From IMG/VR virus record IMGVR_UViG_3300028534_000017, positions 8,284 through 72,283 of that record: 64,000 nt of DNA. The stretch is one strand, 5' to 3'. Position numbers and translations under genes: made by a program. Shown here one piece after another: positions 58,319 through 64,000 of this stretch (position 1 is the first letter of the stretch; each line of letters opens with the position of its first letter). The notes beneath the pieces were generated by a model. It did no database searches, was not told where the DNA came from, and worked only from the letters and a program-made list of their open reading frames with translations. The DNA comes from a virus.

Positions 58319-59410
58319 ATGGGTAAAAAATTAACGCAAGAAGAAATTATAAAACGATTTGAAGAAGTTCATGGTGATAAATACGATTATTCAAAAGTTA
58401 ATTATATTAATTCCGGAACTAAAGTAAATATAATTTGTCCAGAACATGGAGAGTTTTTACAAACCCCAAGTAATCATTTGAAATATAATTGTCCAAAATG
58501 TTCTAATTTAAAAAAATCAATAGAAAGTCATATAAAAGATTTTAAAAAAATTCATGGAGATAAATACGATTACAGTAAAGTCCAATATATAAATACTATG
58601 ACTAAGGTAGAAATAATATGTCCCAAACATGGAAGTTTTTTTCAAACCCCTATGTCTCACAAATCTGGAAATGGTTGTCCAAAATGTTCTAAAGAAAAAC
58701 AATCTGGAAAATTATCTAATTTTTTAAAAACTTTGTCGAAAGAACATTTCGACAAATATGATTATAGTAAAGTTAATTATACAAATAGATTTAAAAAAAT
58801 AGAAGTAATTTGTAAAAAATGTAATAAATCATTTTGGTGTATACCAAATAATCATTTGAAAAATAATTCGGAAAATACATTTTGTCCAAATTGTTATATT
58901 AATAAAAATACATATACTAAAGATAAAATTATCTCCGATTTTAAAAAAATTCATGGAGATAAATACGATTATAGTAAAGTCCAATATATAAATACTATGA
59001 CTAAAGTAGAAATAATATGTCCAGAACATGGGAGTTTTTTTCAAAGACCAAATGATCATCGCAATGCCGTTGGTTGTCCAAAATGTGCTCAAGAAAATTC
59101 TGAATCAAAAGGTGAAAGAAAAGTCCGAGAATTTCTAGAAGAAAATAATATCAAATATTCCCAAGAGGTTAACCTCTTTAATAATTACCGATTTGATTTT
59201 TATCTAGAAGATTTAAATACTGTTATTGAGTACGATGGAAAACAACATTTCGAACCAGTAGATTATTTCGGTGGATTAGAAGGATTCTTAAAGACTCAAG
59301 AACGGGATAAAATTAAAACAGAGTATTGTTTAGAGAATAATATAAGAATAATTCGAATAGCATATTTTGAAGAAGTTGAAGAAGTTCTCGAAGGAATTCT
59401 AAATGTCTAA
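58319..59410 (+). mobile_element. CPxHG-repeat PD-(D/E)XK endonuclease
   Basis: Repeats plus FDFYLEDLNTVIEYDGKQHF. Confidence 0.8.
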
Positions 59411-60317
59411 AAAATTAACCCAAGAAGAAGTTATAAAAAGATTTAAAGAAGTTCATGGAAATAAATATGATTACAGTAAAGTTATTTATAAAAAATCAAA
59501 AGAAAAGGTAAATATAATTTGCTCAGAACATGGAGAGTTTTTACAAACACCAAATAATCATTTAAGTGGGTATGGTTGTTCTAAATGTGCAGGTAATTTA
59601 AAATTAACCCTCGATGAGGTTATATCCGATTTTAAAAAAATTCATGGTAATAAATACGATTACGGTAAAGTTAATTATAAAAATAATATGTCTAAGGTAG
59701 AAATAATATGTCCAGAACATGGAAGTTTTTTTCAAACGCCATCCGATCATAAATCCGGACAAGGATGTCTAAAATGCTATAATAAGCGAAGGAAAAATCA
59801 AAAACAAAAAATGAAATTAAGTTCTTTAGAATATACAAATAATTTTGATATTATTCATAATAATAAATACGATTATAGTAAAATAAATTATACTCATTCC
59901 CATTCAGAAATAGAAATAGTATGTCCAGAACATGGAAGTTTTTTTCAAAAACCATACATTCATAAAAGTGGACATGGTTGTCCAAAATGTTCTGAATCAA
60001 AAGGTGAAAGAAAAGTCCGAGAATTTCTAGAAGAAAATAATATCAAATATTCCCAAGAGGTTAAACTATTCGATAATTATAGATTTGATTTTTATCTAGA
60101 AGATTTAAATACTGTTATTGAGTACGATGGAAAACAACATTTCGAACCAGTAGATTATTTCGGTGGATTAGAAGGATTCTTAAAGACTCAAGAACGGGAT
60201 AAAATTAAAACAGAGTATTGTTTAGAGAATAATATAAGAATAATTCGAATAGCATATTTTGAAGAAGTTGAAGAAGTTTTAAAACCTTTAATAACTGGTA
60301 GTCGTGAGCTAGTTTAA
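59403..60317 (+). mobile_element. CPxHG-repeat PD-(D/E)XK endonuclease (tandem paralog)
   Basis: Nuclease domain 59991-60278 nearly identical to 59099-59386. Confidence 0.8.
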
Positions 60318-60360
60318 AGATAACTAAAGATAAAAATAAAGATAAAAATAAAGGTTAAAT

Positions 60361-62364
60361 ATGAATTTAGATATAAAAGATATTGTAATTAACAATAAAG
60401 ATATCATTATGGAGACAAAGGATATAAATTTAGCCGATCAAAATCTTATGGCAAAATATGCTAGTCCAAATGCTCCAACGGTTATGAGAAGACAAGAGCA
60501 AAATAAAGAATGGAGAATGAGAGAGTACTTAAAATGTAAAATGAGCGCTCTTTACTTCATTAAGAATTATATTCGGGTTCAGGTACCTGGGGGTATTATT
60601 AAAGTAGGTGAAGCTGATGAATGGTTAAGAACTCCAAAATATTCGCATTTTATTAAACTTATTCAAGAAGTTGATAATATTGCTATGATGGCATCTAGAC
60701 AACATTATAAAACAACTACTGTGGCACAGTACTTATTATGGGTTCTTTTATTTCATCCGAAAGTAAAAGTAGAATTTCTAACTCTAAAACAAAAATCTGC
60801 TTTAGATTTCGTAGAACGTATGTACAGCATGTTATCGATGTTACCAAAATGGTTGGAAGTTCCTAAAAGTAATAAAGGAGAAAAACAAACCTATTTAGAA
60901 TTAGCGAATGGTTCTAGATTAAATTCAAACTACGTATCTGGTGCTATTAATCCCGATACAGTGGGTCGTGGTATGACAGCTCCGGTAATCTACATAGATG
61001 AGGCTGCTTTCATCCCACATATGGATATAGTTTGGGGTTCTTTACAACCAGTTGTTTCGAAAGCGAGAGTACTAGCTAAACAGAATAACTTTCCTACAAA
61101 TGTTATTATGACAACTACACCAAATGGTTCTAATGGTAACTTCTTTTACGACCTTTGGCAAAATTCTTGGGATTATTCTGAAATATGGGATGAAGAAAAA
61201 AATAGACCTATTCCAGATAACGAAAAGGTTCTTAATAGTTCGGATCATAGAAATAACTTTGCCAAATTAGAATTACATTGGTCCGAGACTGGTAAAGATG
61301 AAGAATGGTATAAAAAACAACAAAAAGAACTTAACTTTAATATGAGAAGGGTTAACCAAGAGCTTAACCTCGTTTTCTTAGGTTCTAATAATGCGGTGTT
61401 TCCAGATGAGGTACTAGAACATTTTAAACCAGTAACTCCAAAATTTCAATTAGATTTGGCATATGGTGAAAAAATGGATGTATTCGAAGATCTTGATCCT
61501 AATAAATTATATTTAATGGGTGTAGATAATGCTGCTAGTACTGCGGCTAAATCGGATTTTAGTACAATGGTTTTAACAGATGCTGAAACAGGTAGACAAG
61601 TTGCAGAATACAGAGGAAAATTTAATGTTATTAAAAGATATGCAGCTGTAGTTAAATCTGCTATTTTACAATTACAATTGGTTTGTGGATTAACTCCTAA
61701 AACCCTTAGTGTAATTATAGAGCGAAATAGTTTTGGTATTGGTATTATCGAAGAGATATTATTTTCAGAAGCTCCAGATAAAATTAAATTTGAATTTGAA
61801 GAGTTCTTACATTTTACTAAGACTAAAAGTACTGGTGATAGAGTTCCAGGCATTATGACTAATAAAACAAATCGTGAACAGATGTTCAATCTTTTATTAA
61901 GTGCTTTAAATACTGATCCAGCGTTAGCACAAGGTAAATATTTACAAAATGAATTAAGAACACTTGAGCAAAAAACTAATGGTAGATTTGAAGCTAGTTC
62001 TGGTCAACACGATGATATGATTATGGCATTTAATTTCACGCTTTGGTTAAGACATGAAATGATTCAAGAAGGGGATTTACTTACAGAAGATACCCCAGAA
62101 GGATTAAAAATAACTCAAGGTGAAATTAATTCGTATTTAAATGTTACTTTTAGTACTATGGAACATGACTTTAAAAATGAAGCTAAACTTATTAACAAAC
62201 AAAAAAGTTTTGAAAATATACAGGAAGTGGGGAATCACTTTACGGATAAAGATGAAGAAAAACAAAGAAGAAGAGAAATTCTAAAAGAATTCGAAATTCC
62301 TGGTTTTACTTCGATAACCGATGACGATGATGAATATTATATGGAAGATTATAAAATCTTTTAG
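60361..62364 (+). CDS. terL: Terminase large subunit
   Basis: ASRQHYKTT, VIYIDEAAFI, TTTPNG, GVDNA and HDDMIMA. Confidence 0.9.
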   Translation: MNLDIKDIVINNKDIIMETKDINLADQNLMAKYASPNAPTVMRRQEQNKEWRMREYLKCKMSALYFIKNYIRVQVPGGIIKVGEADEWLRTPKYSHFIKLIQEVDNIAMMASRQHYKTTTVAQYLLWVLLFHPKVKVEFLTLKQKSALDFVERMYSMLSMLPKWLEVPKSNKGEKQTYLELANGSRLNSNYVSGAINPDTVGRGMTAPVIYIDEAAFIPHMDIVWGSLQPVVSKARVLAKQNNFPTNVIMTTTPNGSNGNFFYDLWQNSWDYSEIWDEEKNRPIPDNEKVLNSSDHRNNFAKLELHWSETGKDEEWYKKQQKELNFNMRRVNQELNLVFLGSNNAVFPDEVLEHFKPVTPKFQLDLAYGEKMDVFEDLDPNKLYLMGVDNAASTAAKSDFSTMVLTDAETGRQVAEYRGKFNVIKRYAAVVKSAILQLQLVCGLTPKTLSVIIERNSFGIGIIEEILFSEAPDKIKFEFEEFLHFTKTKSTGDRVPGIMTNKTNREQMFNLLLSALNTDPALAQGKYLQNELRTLEQKTNGRFEASSGQHDDMIMAFNFTLWLRHEMIQEGDLLTEDTPEGLKITQGEINSYLNVTFSTMEHDFKNEAKLINKQKSFENIQEVGNHFTDKDEEKQRRREILKEFEIPGFTSITDDDDEYYMEDYKIF

Positions 62365-62403
62365 AAAGATATTATAGATATATTAATTACTAAAGGATTA
62401 TAA

Positions 62404-64000
62404 ATGGCGGTAACACAAGAAGAATTTATAAAATTATCGAAAAAAAATCATTCTGATAAATACGATTATTCAAAAGTTAATTATATTAATAAAAATACTA
62501 AAGTAGAAATTATCTGTCCAGTACATGGTAGTTTTTTCGTAACTCCAAATAATCATTTAAAAATTTCAACTAGAACGGGAGAATCGATGGGTGGTTGTCA
62601 AATTTGCTCTAAAAAAAAATTATTAACTCAAGAAGAAATTATAAAAAGATTTGAAGAAGTTCATGGTGATAAATATATTTATAAAAATGTTAATTATATT
62701 AATAAGAATACTAAAGTAGAAATAATATGTCCAAAACATGGAAGTTTTTTTCAAACTCCGATCGATCATTCTTCTGGACATGGTTGTCCTAAATGTGCTC
62801 ATTCTAAAAAATTTCTAGGAAATATAGAAATATTGAAAAGATTTTATAGTATTTATGGAAATAAATACATGTACGATTTACCAGAAAATGCAGATACTGG
62901 AACTAAAATAAAAATAACTTGCCCAGAGCATGGTGAATTTATTACTACAGTTGGAGAGCATTTTAAACATGGTTGTAAAAAATGTGCAGGTACCTTTTTA
63001 AAAACTACGGAAGAAGCAGTTAAAGATTTCAAAAAAGTTCACTCCGATAAATATGATTATTCGAAAGTTAATTATATTAATGCTATGGAAAAAGTAGAAA
63101 TAATATGTCCAAAACATGGTAGTTTTTTTCAAAGTCCAAACAATCATTTAAGTTCTGGTCATGGTTGTCCAAAATGTACTAGTACTCGTTCCAAAGCGGA
63201 GGAAGAAATTTACGAATTTATAAAAGATAAACACCCAGATTTAGAAGTTCTTCAAAATCATAAAATAGGTAGAATGGAACTCGATATTTATATTCCAGAA
63301 TTAAATTTTGCTATAGAATATAATGGAGTGTATTGGCATTCTTATATGCATTCTAATAAAGCAACTTCTAAAAATCAAACAAACGTTTATTATAATAAGA
63401 AAAGACATTTGGATAAATTCCAAAATTGTACTACTTTAGGAATTCATTTATTTCAAATTAACGAGTTAGAATTTTTAAATCCAATTAAAAAAGATATTTG
63501 GTTAAGTAAAATACTTTTAAAACTTGGAAAAATTCCTAATAAAATTCCAGGTAGAAAATGTATTATAAAAGAGGTTCCAAAAAAAGAATCTAGAGACTTT
63601 CAAGAACTTAATCATTTACAAGGATCTATAAATTCGCAGAAACATTATGGTTTATATTATCAGGATGAATTGGTTCAGATATTTACTTTAGGAGCTTCTA
63701 GATATAATAAAAATTTTGATTATGAAATTCATAGAATATGTACTAAAAAATTTACCATAGTACATGGTGGAGTTTCTAAACTTTATAAACATGTTTTAAA
63801 AGAATTAAATAATCCAAAAATTATAACATATGCTAATAGACGTTGGAGCGCTTTAAATGATTCTAATCTTTATAAACAATTAGGATTAGAATACATTAAT
63901 GAAAGTTCTCCAAATTTCAATGTTATAGATTTAAAAACTAATAAAACCTATCCAAGAAATACTTTTCAAAAACATAAATTGGAAAAAATTCCTGGTTTCG
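62404..64000 (+). mobile_element. Hybrid endonuclease: CPxHG repeats plus Hef-like nuclease and C-terminal domain (runs off the window's right edge)
   Basis: Hand translation: MAVTQEEF...CPVHGSFF...ELDIYIPELNFAIEYNGVYWHS...NHLQG...GGVSKL. Confidence 0.78.

Noticed and set aside
3558-61889. Opposite-strand or nested ORFs in the track (3558, 4447, 11501, 11730, 13071, 13123, 16210, 26481, 28720, 29956, 33651, 35815, 42279, 45880, 48471, 49580, 50642, 51351, 55388, 56879, 57800, 58517, 58829, 61446)
   Set aside because: They overlap well-supported genes, lack RBS or motifs, and read as shadow frames of AT-rich coding DNA.
1-64000. Stop-codon reassignment, nucleus-shell (chimallin) or tubulin genes, tRNA genes
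   Set aside because: Conserved genes are intact in the standard code, and none of these genes was recognised in this window, so nucleus formation cannot be claimed.

Overview
This is an AT-rich segment of a jumbo-phage genome. The host is probably in Campylobacterota, inferred from a CheY of that lineage's type and from Hef-like endonucleases. Genes run on the - strand from 1 to ~36.4 kb (replication, a probable non-virion RNA polymerase, accessory genes) and mostly on the + strand after that (a second RNA polymerase, lysis genes, primase-helicase, HU, large terminase). Two multisubunit RNAPs are encoded. In set 1, beta and beta' are each split in two. In set 2, beta is intact and beta' is in three pieces. 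The main finding is that the catalytic D-x-D-G-D motif of the set-2 beta' is not encoded contiguously. The N-terminal gene (55138..56580) breaks after ...APIGGD and continues into an intein-N-like tail. The missing SDGD... segment is the C-extein of an intein-C/LAGLIDADG gene about 6.7 kb upstream (48573..49787), so protein trans-splicing appears necessary to build the active site. Other patterns: about 15 small proteins share a C-terminal [LI]-K-I-x-F-[ED] tail that also starts the set-2 beta subunit; an N-terminal INKExLLE motif looks like a capsid-targeting propeptide; a bipartite promoter (CTTTAAAATAA-N10-RTATAGATATCTTA) occurs four times; hairpins followed by TTCYTGTC recur; a 216-bp inverted repeat brackets about 12 kb; AACTAT/ATAGTT palindromes occur in arrays; and there are candidate small RNA and micropeptide units. 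All calls come from motif reading by eye; no database searches were run.
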